Positions 46,954 to 62,258 are shown, numbered from the stretch's first letter. The stretch: DNA of 64,000 nt from Eledone cirrhosa (GCA_964016885.1 OZ024743.1:215574001-215638000), one strand, 5' to 3'. Notes: generated by a model not told the origin, from the sequence alone. Program-made: numbers and translations.

Positions 46954-47345
46954 ATAATATGAGATCAAAAGATGGTTAAAAGTGTTCGAAGTATATTATT
47001 ATGCGCATTTCAAAAAACAAATATCATCATGAAATGATATCTGCGTTTTCATCAGATAAAAGAGGCATACATGGTATGAAGGTTAAACAACACTTGTGAA
47101 TAGTGAAGTTTTAAATCATCATATATTGATATGTTGATTTAAAACTTCACTATTCACAAGTGTTTTTAACCTTCATATCATGTATCACTATTTTATCTGA
47201 TGAAAACCCAGATATCATCTCATGATGATATTTGTTTTTGAAATGCGCATAATAACATACTTGGAACTCTTTTAACCATCTTTTGATCTTATATTATTTA
47301 TACTCCAGTCTTACAAACTGTAGAGTGCTACTTATCCGATATTTG
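46954..47345 (+). mobile_element. Fold-back mini-element with a canonical HHR in each arm
   Basis: Arms 46954-~47122 and ~47130-47297, followed by the tail actccag..tgtagagtgcta. Confidence 0.75.
47192..47255 (+). ncRNA. Minimal type-I hammerhead (mirror copy on the minus strand at ~46996-47060)
   Basis: ttat-CTGATGA-[aaacccagatatcat ctcatg atgatatttgttttt]-GAAA-tgcgcaT-A-ataa. Stem III ATGCGCAT is palindromic. Confidence 0.75.
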
Positions 47346-48479
47346 CATTGCAACTGTGTGTGTGTGTGTATGTTTGTATGTGTATGAGAGTGTGCATGTA
47401 CGTATATATGCATGAATATGTATAGAATTAGAATTGAGAAATAATAGAAGAATTAGAGAAATAGACATGAACGTCACCCTTATTTATATATATGTAGATA
47501 CACTGAACCTCTATTGGTCACTGTTTTCTCTTTAGGTATTTTTAGCAATTATGATCTATGTCGAAATTTTATTTAATTGTTTATCTGTAATTATACTTTT
47601 CTATTCAATGGAAATGTGTTAGCTTAAATTCTCTATACGTTGAGAAATTATTTACCTCAACATGGTTACTAACACTATGTATTTTGTTAGAAAAGTATTA
47701 TTTATTATATATATTTATGAATGCACCTGTCTCTTGGTTGGTGTAACTGTGACTTCAATATTGCTGTCTTCTTCAGGGCAGGGATCTAGTGGCCATATTT
47801 ATCTGCACACGATGGCAAAGAAAGAAAATAATATAATGGTTGAGAACATATATTTACATACTAAATTCTTGCGTTCTTATAGGGGAGAGAGCCGAACACA
47901 TAAGGTGTATTGATAATACAGTAACAAATATTACAGTGCATTTCAGTTTGAAGACACTAATTAATTGACATCAACAATCTTGCTAGCATAATCAAATATC
48001 TCCACCTTCATGCGATTAGGTACAAAACGATTTTAGTGTCAGGATTACACCGAGTGATATACCATTTATCTGTACTGAAACTTTGTTGACCAATACGACA
48101 TTATTTCTTGGTTTGTGTAGTATCTTCCGGGGATAGAGGACATATTGTGTAGCACTATAATACAGTGACTGTTCCTTATTGAACATTCTAATATACCATT
48201 AAATCGAATGGAATATCGAACGTACAAATTGTCCTTTTTATATGCTGTATACTTTTACAGATTTTTTTAATGCTGATATATGTAAGAATAATGCGAAGTA
48301 GCATGCTAAACCACTTCGAATGATATGTTGTAGTTTTACCTTAAACATGTTGTTTTGTGACACAATACACTTTGATCCCTCAGAATTATGTGTGTGACTA
48401 GACATGAAGGGATCAGAAAACGATTCTCCTAGAAATTACTACGAATGAAAGGGCCAGTATATGAACAATTCTAGTACAA

Positions 48480-48668
48480 ATAATTGTTTCTACTTTTTGC
48501 ACAAGGTCAGCAATGACCTAGTACATTACTGGTACTGTAATTTATCGACTCGTAAGGATGAAAGGTAATGTTAACCTCGGCGGGATTTGAACTCAGACCG
48601 TAAAGGGACGTAATATGGTGGAAAGCATGTCGCCCGAATCTCTACCGATACTGGCAATCCACCACCCC
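48480..48668 (-). mobile_element. SINE copy (same family as 20251)
   Basis: Reverse complement of gtggattgccagtatcggtagag..ctgagttcaaatcccgccgaggttaac..tttcatccttacg..tcgataaa..gtaccagtaatgtact. Confidence 0.8.
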
Positions 48669-49171
48669 AAGTACAAATAATAATGAAGCATTCTATAATA
48701 ATACACAACTCTGTATCCTTCCTGATCATGACACTCCGTATCCTTCCTTCTCGACATGTCAAACCGAAAAATTAAATATCAATGGCCATGATAAGGTGAT
48801 TTACTATCGAAGCGACCGTTCCTTGTCTCCGTCTTTTTGTATTCAATTGCAGCTCATTTTTTCGAATGAATGATAATATGTTTTAATAACAGAAATCTGA
48901 AATTTGAGTGATGCAATTATATATCGTATATCATCAATTGCCGTCTTATAGATATCAGACATGAATATATTTTAGTGTTTATAATATATAATGTATGTAC
49001 CTACACGAATTCCATTCATTCCTCATTCAATATTTCTGCGTGCATTAGTTATTATAATGTAACTATGCATTTTTGAACGTTGTTATCTAAACATATATAG
49101 TATCATTAAAAATTAACAATATTGTTAAATTAAGCATAACATTGTAGCGTTATATAAATATATATATATAT

Positions 49172-49722
49172 ATATGAATTATAAGAAACAAAGAACTGTT
49201 CAAAACATTTTTATGCTTACAACCGTTTCCTCCAAACCGAGGTTTGGATTCTTCGGAGCAATTTATTATTGAATGAACACTTATATGACCTCCTTTTTAC
49301 CCAAGAGACATACAGATACATATGCAAATATTGTGGGCCAACATTCATTATAGCATTTAGTGTGGCAGCACACATTTAGAGATTACATTCATATTAAAAG
49401 ATACAATCAAAAATATATGTCTCTTGGGTGAAAAGGAGGTCATATAAGTGTTCATTCAATAATAAATTGCTCCAACAATCCAAACCTCGGTTTGGAGGAA
49501 ACAGTTGTGAGCATAAAAATGTTTTGAACAGTTCTTTGATTCTTATAATTCATATAACTGCTCTGTAAATATTCTGATGTTATTACATTGAGCTATTTAA
49601 CTTACTGGTAATAAGGTAGTAATATATTACTGCCTACCACTGTTTAGGGTTTATAAAAATATATATAACTGAAAAAGGTTTTTGTATTTCCATAACCATA
49701 AATAGTATAATTAATTAATACT
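49172..49722. mobile_element. PLE family 1 terminal-only inverted insertion (no ORF)
   Basis: 49172-~49415 matches the family-1 end in minus orientation. ~49416-49722 matches the end plus the 3' extension in plus orientation. TA lies at both sides. Confidence 0.85.
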
Positions 49723-49816
49723 ATATATATATACTAATAATAATTAATTTGATGACTAAAATCCAAAGAGTGCTCGATAAGGATAAATATATATCAAATA
49801 TATAAGAACCGTAGAG

Positions 49817-49896
<80 letters not shown>

Positions 49897-51533
49897 TATC
49901 TGTGAAAACAACCTATCATGGACAGTTTAAGCGTACGGTATAGTCTGACTCAACAAGATGTTCACGTTGGTCAAGATTTTATGAGTTCGCTTGTATTTCT
50001 ATGTAAATATATATTGGAGTAATAAAAAAGTTAAGAACAACATGGTTGATAATACAAACAAGGGAATTTATTTACAACTGTTTCCACGATAGAATTGTCT
50101 ATAAATTGCTAGATACTGGAGAAGTACAACTCAATTTACAATATCATATATATATATATATATTTATATATATATGTATATATATATAAGTACAACATAA
50201 CATTCGAAGTGATTTAATGTCCCGAAATGATTCAGTTACGATTTAATATCAAGACCACTCACTCGGCCATTTTCAACACACATGCCAGCTTAGTGCAAAT
50301 GCAGAAAAAGTGGGTTTCCAATTATCATAGAAACAAAACCTCCCGCAGAAATGCTGTGTTGAGGGGGTGGAAATCGTAAAACACCAATGTTAAAGCATGT
50401 AATTATTCTCCTTCCTTCTTCATCCTACAAAACATAGTAGATCGTTCCAAATATATGTATGGTCAATAAAATAACTCAACCGATATATTATTGATTATGT
50501 TGGCAGTTGGTCACATTCTACACAAACATTCTTTTAGATAGATTATAATTTCTAATCAGAAAGTGTTCATCATAAACTGTTATTTAAAATGTTTCCAATT
50601 CATCAAACAACAAATGAAAGATGATTAATTTCCATTACGGTTTTTATTTTTAAATATTGTATTTTAAATTATTTTAAAATTTTAGAATTTTTAATATTAA
50701 CATTATTCACTTTAAAATGTATTGTTCACACATGACATTGATTCTATTTAAATGAAGTTTTAGGAATGATTTCAATCATTGCCAAAGGGCTGCTACACAT
50801 AATTCAGTTGAATAAAACGATACAATTATTTGATGGCATTCTTTTTCTTTTACGCCAAATGGATGAAAGAAATAAAAAAATATCATTATCGGTGACGTTT
50901 GAACTCAGAAATTAAAAGGGTGATTTAATTGAATACGTCAAGGCAATTTTTCCGACACTCTACAGGTTCAAACGACCATCAGTCCTGTGATATTTTAAGA
51001 ATAACATGAGAATAGCTGTTGTAATCATTCAGTTTCATTTGGTTTTGATGTAGTCAAGAAGTCTTCAAATGACTTAATTTGTTTTATTGTCATTTTATTT
51101 TTCATTCTCTCTCTGGCAAAATCTTTTTCACACTTTATAACAAACATAAGGTGTGTTAATATAACATTTCAGTTGGGCATTTGTAATGATCACTTCATCA
51201 TAATTTATATTTGTTGTGTATCTCATTTTCCAGAGGTTTTGTTTTATTCTAGCATGTTTGCAGTTGGTAGCTCTTTGTGTGTAGCTGCCCTTATTATCTT
51301 GTGTATCCTTTTAAAATCTAATTAATGTGTTTATGTGTATGCATAGTCGAGGATCGTCTATTGCCAAATTCATTAAAATCTCGGATATGGGCTTTGCTGT
51401 AGTTTACCTAAGGCTCATAATTCAAATTCCACCGATGTTAAATTTGCAGGTTATGCTGTCGTGTTCCAAAAGCAAGTGACTATGTCAGGATGCTGGTTTG
51501 AGAAGATAATTTGTATCACTTGTTTCGAAAAGT

Positions 51534-51720
51534 AGTGGATTGGCAGTAGAAGTAGATCGTCTGACATCATGATATTTGGTATACAATTACGACCCTTTAG
51601 GTTCTTGCTTCAAATCCTTCCGGTGTTAGCTTTGGCATTCATCCTTACAAAGCAAAGCACCAGTAACGCACTGGATTCGATTTAATCGACTTTTCCCTGT
51701 CCCAAAATAGTATTGGTACC
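51534..51720 (+). mobile_element. Degenerate SINE copy
   Basis: gtggattggcagtag..ttcaaatcc..gttagctttggcattcatccttac..caccagtaacgcactgga. Confidence 0.6.
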
Positions 51721-53032
51721 CGAATTCCCCTCCACTTCATTAAAGCGTACAGTGCACACATCATATTGAAAACAAACACTATTTCACAAAATAAGGCACT
51801 GTTAGATAACATGGCTACATCATTGACCACTATACAACCATATAATTGACTATATAATCACAGGATGAACTAAGAGACGGCTTGTATCTCGGCTGATTAT
51901 TAGGCTTATGTGTGACTGAAACTATTTACAATTATCTAATCGTAAAATTATCCAAAATACTTAATGTTAAAATAACACTTGAGGAAGATTGTACAAGATA
52001 TTGTCATTATCACTCTAAGATAGCACGAAAGTGTTGATATATCCCATACTACTACAGGACATTCAACAACAATCCAGTGGAAATTTGTTGTAATAATCCT
52101 GGATGACTACGAAAAAGGCATACACATCTTGGTACGCCTCCGAGGGTTTCTCGAGAAGATGTGGCAGTGTGATTATGTGGATGCAATAGTAATCTTTATA
52201 CCTGTTACTGACATCCTTATTTGCCAGTACCTTCCCACTTTATTATTTAAATAAAGCTGGTCCTGTCATTTCTTTTGTTATGTTTGCTTGGCTTTAGCTA
52301 ATACTAAGAGTCAGATATCTCAGTGATCAGTAAAGATAGACTTGGTCATCTTCACGTGAATAGCTCGCACAGAATGGAAGAAAACCAAGACCATAACAAA
52401 TTATTGATTTAGTTACTGATCTCTAATCTTTGATCCATATGTTCTTATATCATCTATATTTATGGATATCCTTTTGCCGAAGGAAAGTCACCATAATAAA
52501 GAACCCATTACTAGAATATAAGTGTAATATAATGAGGCATTTGTGATAGATCGGGATCGCTCTGCCATCCTATCACTACATAATGTGCCGCCAAGTAGTC
52601 ACTACCAACATATGTATTTAACACTCTGTTAGAATATATGACTCAGTTTTAACTAGACCTAACACCCCAATGATTTCATCACGGAAGGATCACTTTTCTG
52701 ACTCACTGGCGCATGAATTTGAACCATCCACACAAACCTTTTTTACACTGATCTTCAAAGAGCAAGTACTCCATCTCACTATGACCCAGTTCCTAACACT
52801 TTCCAACAGTCGGATACATGTTAGTATCCTCACTACCACCTTTCATTTCTGGCACAAAACCTGAATAGTGGATTTTACATATTCCATATAAATCTACGGT
52901 ATCAATATGTAGAGGAAACCTTGAATATGTCTAGTGGGTAACATCTGAGCTCCTTCACTTACATGCATCTTACATTTATGGATCGAAATTCTATAGTTGC
53001 TAATGTTTTAAATTTGCTTCCTTAGCAACATT

Positions 53033-53106
53033 CTTTGAGGTCATAGAATACGAAACATTTGTGCCTCCCAGGAGGCACAAATGTTTCGTATTCTATGACC
53101 TCAAAG
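53033..53106. repeat. Perfect 36-bp-arm hairpin with a 2-nt loop
   Basis: ctttgaggtcatagaatacgaaacatttgtgcctcc-ca-ggaggcacaaatgtttcgtattctatgacctcaaag. Confidence 0.95.
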
Positions 53107-55704
53107 GTCCCATCAACATCTTTTGATCACTAGATGGAGACTGCAATATATTTTCCAATCCGGCCCAACTTTCTAATATCTGAATGCATTCCTTGTTACC
53201 CCATGCGAAAGATGATGTTGTGTGATTGCTAGTATTGCTACTGACAGTACAAGTCTTTCTTTTGTGGTCTAATTGAGTACAGCTAACAAATTTGGTGATT
53301 TTATCCGACCCACGACTTTTAATCACCTTATTTAACTACCTTGGTGGGTCAATCTGGAGTGTTTTCCTAAGAACACACCACACAAACACACGCGCGCACA
53401 CACACACAAACGCGCGCACCCCCACATACACCCACACACACATATATATATAGAGAGAGATATATATTTATATATATATATATGAGATGTATTGCGTAAT
53501 ATGCATTTCTTCTCTCTCACAAGATCACTATTTGTAGGTTTTCATTTCATGTCTGCTTATTCAATAAGAAATAATTTCATTGGAGTGCAATACCATCAAT
53601 TTTGCCAATAAATGTTTATTATATGGAAAGAAAACCCGCCATATTTAATATCTTTGAGTTTCAAGACATCACTTTAAGCAATAATTAAAATATAAATACA
53701 TGAAATAAAATGAATGTATAATGAGTAATTGTATGAATTTTATTTCGTCTCGATATTAATCTTGTGTGTTTATTCACGTGAAGTATAGACAAGAGAGATG
53801 TATTTGATAATAAAACGAAGTTTTAATTAATTTTTGCAACTTGGTATGATGGATGTATTGCAAAACAAGATACAAAAATAAAGTTTATAATATTTGAATA
53901 AGTGATATTGAATTTTATGAGACATATCTCGGAATGTATTCTGTTTAAATGAATGTATTTCGGACGTTTTTATTTGCTTCATACAGATATTAGCATTTTT
54001 GTCAGAGTATTTAAATAACAGATACGTTATTTTTTTTTTGTAGTTAAACTATGTAATTTCATTTGAACCACCTCCAATACATTTATAGATTCATAAAAGT
54101 GATACATGTATTATACATTCTTGACGTCACTTCTATGAAATTGTTTCCCTTTAACAATACATTTTATCCAAATACTATCTCATTCGAAGAATTACTGTCT
54201 TTGAGCATTTGACAGATAACCAAATTATGATACCAATGTTATATATGTTCATCTTGACGGTAAATGTTTGTTTGTTCGGTCATCATTCTCCCATTCTGGT
54301 AATTGTATTCCCATTCAAATTTCATGCATGCGTTCGTAAAAAAAGGAGGGAAATTAATTCGAATAACGGGGATAATAAATACGATTCAGTTTGTAGATAG
54401 AAGACTTTATATCACATTAAGTTAACGTAGATTCTCAGAGTTTGAGAAGCCACGGGATTTTAATAGAATGGGATGGCAGATGTTAAAAGGCAGACAGATA
54501 TACTGAGGAAGATAAAGAATGAACGTGATACAGCGGGATACACAGGAAGAAAATGTCAGTAATTCAAATATTTATTTCTCTAATTCAATCCGCGTGTAGA
54601 AACCTAAATTACTGATTGATGAAAGTATTACGAATATACTCTCAGTGTATAGAACATAAAATTGGTTTACCCCGGGTAATTCACATTATCGTAATACACT
54701 ATAACAAATTATATAGGGATTTGTTTTTCCGTCTAAAACTGAAAATGAAACGAAAATCACCCAAAATAACATTTGTTATTTTTTATAGAGTTACCATCAG
54801 TCATACACTAGTCTAGTCTATTTGTTCCTGCGATTTTTGTTTAAGTCTGAGCGAGTGCGTATGTAAGTTTCCCCGTAATATTAAAAATGAATACAGACAC
54901 ACAGAGAAACATATTCACTTACAAACCATTGTATGTTCACACATGCACGCCCCTTTACACAACGAATCATAATTAATGGATATCTGTTAAAGAAAGGTAT
55001 CTGTTATAAATTCCCGTTTACTTCTTAATCCCACTCCGAATTTGTCGATCAATTAGGCCATTAGTTGGATCACATGCTAGAATGATATACGCTTTCAGAA
55101 GAAACGTGACTACGACTAGAACGTCGACATCAAACAGGTAGGGTAAGATGAGATAACGCAAATATCATATAATTCACGGTTCGATGACGGGGAGGTTTGT
55201 AAAGTAAGACCTAGCTCAAGTGATTATGTATCTACGTGACGACTAGTGATCTTCTTCGTTATATAACGATCCCTTAGAGTACGAAATGAGTTAATATAGA
55301 TATATAGAATTATTAAGTAAACACTAAATAAAGAGGATGACTTCTAGATGTAGATACGTAGAGATACAAATATAGATAAAGGGGGACAGAGAGAAAAAAG
55401 TGAAACTTATGTCCTAGTGTGGATGAATTAAAACAGAGGGATCTTCACAATTACGAATGAACAATCAAACCTAAAGAATATCAAATAACACTATAGTAGA
55501 CTCTAGAAATGTAGAATACAAACAAAAGTCTGCACGGAAATAGATTAGGTACTCGTGCCTAAATAAGTACACATGCAAATATGCATATACACTTGCACAT
55601 ACATGCACACACACACGTACACACACACACACGCTCCCCATACACAAACTCTCGCTCTCACACACACAAACACACATACACATGTATATATATATATATA
55701 TATT

Positions 55705-55760
<56 letters not shown>

Positions 55761-55957
55761 TGTGAGAAAAACCACAGACCCACCATCTCAACTCTACTTT
55801 TGAAAAGCAGAAGAAACCGGTAAAGGAACCAAAGAAATATATATATCTTTTAAAAAAATAAGACTCCAGTTGCATTTTCGATTTCATCTTTTTTCTTTAT
55901 ACTTTCATTCATGTAGGACACCTCGGTTATTTTTTATTTTGTAAAAAAACAACACTC

Positions 55958-56050
<93 letters not shown>

Positions 56051-56065
56051 TATATATATATATTT

Positions 56066-56096
<31 letters not shown>

Positions 56097-56124
56097 GTTA
56101 TGTAATAAACAACATAAGCAATTA

Positions 56125-56185
56125 TTTCATTTACCAGTGGTTTCTTAAAAGCAAAAAAATGTTGCTTTCAATCATCAGAATGAAA
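56125..56185 (-). ncRNA. Canonical-core type-I hammerhead near a TA-terminated element end
   Basis: Minus strand tttcatt-CTGATGA-ttgaaagcaa catttt ttgcttttaa-GAAA-ccactggT-A-aatgaaa (7-bp stem I, 10-bp stem II). Confidence 0.8.
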
Positions 56186-56365
56186 AAAATTCTGGTGTAT
56201 TTATTGGCGTCGGAATTTAAAAACAAAAATATAATCTATATGAAAGTGAGGCTGGAAAACGAAGAAGTAAAGAAAAAATAAAAACACACATGCAAACACA
56301 CACACACACACACAAATATATACATACACATATATACATACACACATACATACACACACACATAT

Positions 56366-56412
<47 letters not shown>

Positions 56413-57071
56413 CACAGGGCTGCAAAAGCAAATTATTTTTTAGGATTAAGTTGAGGAGGAAATACAAGAGGGGTCGGCTCTTCAGACGGAAGTACATCGC
56501 CGGGAATAGGACATTGAATAGGGAGAGAACGGGTAGGCACAAGAGAGTTTGTAGAAGTTTGTTAAGAAGGTAAGATGTGGTTGGCGAATGGTCCAGCATT
56601 CGCAAGTGGGGACCGAAGTTGAGTGTCCAGGTGTATCATGTCCGTGGTTGTGTTTGTGCCGATTGTGTGAATTTAATAAGCGTGTGTCATCTAATTCGTC
56701 TGTGTATTTGTGGGTATAAATGTACCTGACTCTGAGTCTTGTAGAATTGGATTATGTCTCTATATATATATCTGAGAGTTCTAGGTAATTTTGTGCACTT
56801 TTTGGCGCGAGATTGTATGGACTCACGTGTTTATGTTTTGCTGTGTGTTTGTGTGTCGGAATTCTTATATGTATGCGTGTGTACATGCATGTTGCCTCGT
56901 TTGTGTGTAGATTTGTTTTGTTTGTGTGTATTCTTGGGAAATAGTGTATGTATCTTTCTCTATGGAAAACTCTGTGTGTGAATCTGAATATCCACGTGTA
57001 TATATTTATATATATAAATGTGTGTGTGTGTTTGTGTGTCTATGCGTATGTGTGTATGTGTCTGTGTGGGT

Positions 57072-57235
<164 letters not shown>

Positions 57236-58013
57236 GTGTGTGTGAGTGTGTGTGCTTTCCTGTGGAACGTCTGCTGTGATATGTTTTACGAATGTTAACA
57301 GAAACTAATTGATATTGTTTTCAAAATAAAATATCTTATAATTCTAAAATGTTGTTTCAAAGAGCGGAAGTGTCCTGGATGTAATTAACTCCAACGTCAA
57401 ATATTCAGTAGATTCAATATCGCAATCTTATAATTATACATTATATGCGCGTCTGTATGTTGGCATGTGCCTGTGTTTTTATCTGTTTTCCTGTGACTAT
57501 GTATGTTGGGGATTTATATGTTATTTTCATACTCGCGTATGTTTACAGGTGGCTTTACATTTGGTATTTAAAGCATGATTACATAAATATATGTAGGTTC
57601 ATTCATAATGTAGTCGTTAGTGTGTATATCACGATTATCAAGGCTCATGCCATTTGATATAATTTACTTATCCCTTTTTTTATACACACTAATTCTTTCT
57701 TTTTTCTGCTTCAGTATTTGAATATTTGTATCGCCTTAATGAAAAGGGAGACAGGATTGTTTTCACAATATAATATATATGAAATGGGGGATTATAAACG
57801 GATAGTAGAGCATGCCTAACCTTTAACGTTGGCCCTCGGCATTTTCCTATGATATTTGAATTAATTTTTAAACTTCTTTTCGACGATGTGTCTTGTAAAA
57901 TCCATCATTTCGAAGATAAATAACGTTTTATTTCTCTCAGCCACCAATGTCGTCATTTTCCGAGAGCAGCAGCACAACAAATATAAAGAACGGTATTATT
58001 TTCCGGAGTATTG

Positions 58014-58238
58014 AGGGCGGTGGAATGGCAGAATTGATAGAGCATCGGACACCCTGCTTTATGGCATTCAATTATGGCCCTTTATATTCTGAGTTCAAAA
58101 CCAGCTAAGGTTAGCTTTGCCTTTCATCTGTACGGGGGTCGTTAAAATAGAACTCCAGTAATGCACTGGAGTTGAGTTAATTGACTTTTCCCCACTCCAA
58201 AATTGCTGGCGTTGTGCCGTTAGCATAAATCATTATTT
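58014..58238 (+). mobile_element. SINE copy
   Basis: gggcggtggaatggcagaatt..ttctgagttcaaaacc..ggttagctttgcctttcatc..ggggtcgttaaaatag. Confidence 0.75.
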
Positions 58239-58635
58239 TCCGTAGTAAGAGTAGTAAATGTGTTATTGTTGGCGTCGGTAGTAGTAGTAGTAGGTTTAGA
58301 AGTATAAGTAATATTAATAGTAGCTGTTGCTTTTATTGCAGTAGTAGTATTAGTACTTGTAGTTGTTTTGGTTGTAGTATTAGTAACTGTGGTAGCAGAA
58401 GCGGTAGATGTGTGCGTGTTTTACTTTTGATTTGGTTTTCTTTTCAGTAATTGAAATTTAATTATATTGCCAGTTTCAGTGTATTAAAATATGTAGTACA
58501 TATAAACATCATGTAAAAGTATATTTATATATATGTGTAGATATATGTTGGGAAATATACCTGTAAACACGCCACACACACACCCACCCAAACACACACA
58601 CACACAAACGCACACACACACACACACACACACAC

Positions 58636-58750
<115 letters not shown>

Positions 58751-58974
58751 ATTGAAAAGGGGAGGTGAAAATGAACAGAAATATATTTGAAGATTATTTT
58801 TTTATTTAATCCGAAAGAATGAATAATTTTATAATTGTTGCATTTAATACAACCGGTTTCGCTGGGCATAACAATCTTACCAACTATTAGATATTAAATA
58901 TTAAATATTTGAAAAAAATTATTCGTCTCGTGTGTTATATGAGTAATACAAATATATATGCCTCGGGAAAGAAT

Positions 58975-59115
58975 TGCAGGACATATTTCACGGGAGAAAA
59001 ACAACTGGCAGGAGACCCAGTGTTAGCAAGATGGTTGAATGCCATCCATAAGTTTGGCTGGTTTCGTTTGGGGATATAGTCGGATCAGTTGGAGACATTC
59101 AGTGATGGACACTAT
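58975..59115 (+). mobile_element. Short RTE 3' remnant related to 1395-1520
   Basis: ggcaggagac..gatggttg..atccataagtttggctg..ttgggga resembles ggcaggagac..gggttg..atccatgagcttggctg..tgggga. Confidence 0.5.
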
Positions 59116-59801
59116 GAAACAATCTATCAGTGTGTCCGAAGATCAGAACTAAAAACAGAGACCAACTAACAACAGAATATCGTCACTTTCTAACCAGAAA
59201 CTAACATGCCCACGTCTCAGGCTGTCCGGAATACATCCCAAATGAGTATAAGTACCACAATGCATAAGTAGCCTAATATCAGCATTGAATGCAGTGCAAC
59301 TACTACAGAATAATATCTCAGGATACATTGTATTCCATAGTGTGGATAATTCAGGGGAAAAGACTAGATAATATCAGCAAAGAAAGCAAAGAAGAAATCT
59401 ACAAATTAATTGGTATTGATACTCCATGAGATAAAAATATATATGTTAAGGAATGTAAAATACTAAGTAGATACAAACAGTAACATATAGGGATTGAAAT
59501 GAAGTGAAACCTTTAGACTAAAACTGTTCTATTCAACATATAGATCTCAGGTATGATAAGTAAGTAATACTAGTATGATCTTACTAATATCCTTGGTGAA
59601 CCATCTCTTCAAGAAATTAAAACAACATTAAGTGTCACTTCGAACAGATTACGAAGAGTTGTAAATACATGTGACGAGTCTATTCACTGAATAATCAGAA
59701 ATAAATGTATGCCGTTACACTTGTACTGTCAGCCTAAGTTATTTGTATATGAATATGCACTCACAGAGAAAAAAATCGAAATGCACACACACACACACAC
59801 A

Positions 59802-59839
<38 letters not shown>

Positions 59840-62205
59840 TATATGTATGTAAATAAATCATATGGCTCTTTCTGTAAATATGGAGCTATTAAGGTACCCC
59901 TATGCAGGTAGCTTAACGTATTTGCTAATTCACTTACCTCCTCTTGCCTGAGTTTAGAGGTAACGAGCTATAAGCGATTGTATAAAACCTGGAAGAGAGT
60001 GAAGAAAAAATAATATTAATAATAATTATTTATAATATTGACACAGATCTAGCAAATTAACTGAAGTAAATCTGCACAGAATATTGTTTTGAAATAGGCG
60101 TTCTATTCTAACAGTTCAAAGTAACCATACAGTAATAAAATATTGTAGGGAATAATATCGTTTCGAATTATTAGATTACGTTGATAATTTCAATGAAATC
60201 AAGAAATACGATAGTAGACGTCTCTACCCAATTTACTAAAACAAGAAGATATAACATTAGTGTAACAAAAGTTTTATTCATCTGGATATAATCTGAACGA
60301 AGCTGAACTATAGGAAATATGTTAGTAGATGGATATTATTATATAATAAACGATATTACAAAACATTATATGAAATAAGGATAAAATATATTAGTTAAAT
60401 TTAATAAATATGAGATTACTGAAAATGTGTCTAAAATGAATACTATTTGACCAAGAATGATTTATTTTCTTCTCTTTTGGGGGAAGGGTGCAAATTTAAT
60501 ATCTGGTATATTGCTGTGTTAATCGAATAGCTTTCTCTCACCGAAAATATAAATATGATATCTTGATATAATACAATTGATATTAGAATTATAAATTGTA
60601 TTACCGATTCATATCCCCCTCCGATTACTTCCATATTATAGTTGTTTCTTCTCAATATATGTTACATGATCTGAGTTGCAATAAGATTAATTCCTGGGAA
60701 ACATAAAACATATAATTTTCTATTAGGTAGCACATCACATTTTATCGCATGAAATGAAGCAATAGTCTACTGATTTGTACACTAATAAATTGAAGCTTAA
60801 GGATTTCAGAGTGAAGAAGGGTATTTGGATTTATGCAATATTAAATATGGCGGAGGCGCCATGTTTTGCTAAACCAATGCTAATACCAATATATTTCGTC
60901 ACTTTATAAATATCATTTACAAGTGACGTGCAATTTAATTTCCTTATTTTTGACATTTATTTTATCGTTCAAAAGAGCTAAATTCTTATGACATCATGAG
61001 AGAACGGTTGCGGGCTCTGTGTAACAAAATCTCCGTATGATTAATGTGGAAGATGCAGAAGAATTGAAGAGCATTATCATATGCATAATTATCAGAATTA
61101 GCGGTGAGTTAAATATTGTCGTACATTTGCTGAAGTAATATTTACCCGGATATAAATAACAAAATACAGCTTCCCTTATAGGGATTGCCCATAAAGATCA
61201 TAATTAGTGTTCAGCATGAAGGTTTAATCCGACAGGAGACATTTGGTCCAACAGCTGAGAAGTCGATGTTTAACTCTGCATGGGCATTTGTATGTCAGTC
61301 GGGACTAAAATATGTACTGCTAGCACAGCAATCAGTAATTAAATGAGAGAATGTCGATGTTAGATTGAGCTTTAGGGAAGCCTTACGCATGCCCACTGAA
61401 AAGGGATACAGAGTAAGATGTGATGGAGAATATTTTTATAACGGACACCTTTTTTATAAAGTTTGGGAGGAAAATATCGGCGGTTAAGTGGAAAGATAGT
61501 ATTGCTATTAATCCGAAGGGGATAAAGACTAATATATTTGCAAATATAGAGTGAAATTTCTATGTAGGGATAAATGTCAAGATGTGAGGGAGGGCAGATT
61601 CAACCTTATTCTAAATTGTACGAAGAGAGAATCATTTAGCAGTGAGATTGTTTATTTAAAGTGACCAGTGGTGTTGATACATTTGTCTTGTGTGCACATC
61701 TTGGATAATTTTGCGTTGTTAGGGAAATATTTGAACCCGCTTCCTTGCGTGTTTGAATTCCAGTGTATGATTATTTACGAAGTTTTATCTGTAGGGTATT
61801 TCCTCCTAATGTCGCTGCCCTAACGAAGGAAACGCATATTGAGGTAATTCGCTTGTGGGCGAACAAGTAGTTTTAGCGTTGAATGGAAGCATTTTGTTTT
61901 GATATTGCGATGGCAATCTTCGAAGAGTTTGTAGTGGTACGTATAAGCCCTAGCATTGGTTAAGTAACCGCACATCTATAAAGTTACGAGTTACTTATTT
62001 AATCATATATTTATTTGGCTATCTAGTCATATGTCAATTTTATTATCTAGCTATTCTCGATCTAGTTGTTTGGTCTCCATATTATATCTACCTATGCATC
62101 CACTAACTAAATATCAGTTCATTTATCTATTCATATATCTTTCAATATTTATATATGTCTACGTACTTATCCCCATATCGTTCAGTTTATCTAACTATAT
62201 TTCTG

Positions 62206-62258
<53 letters not shown>

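Noticed and set aside
47725-47805. Exon-like segment on the minus strand
   Set aside because: Stops in all frames from the best acceptor; weak donor.
61400-61830. Possible ancient PLE RT remnant on the minus strand (PTDK.., PKLYKK)
   Set aside because: Too degenerate to support without an HMM search.
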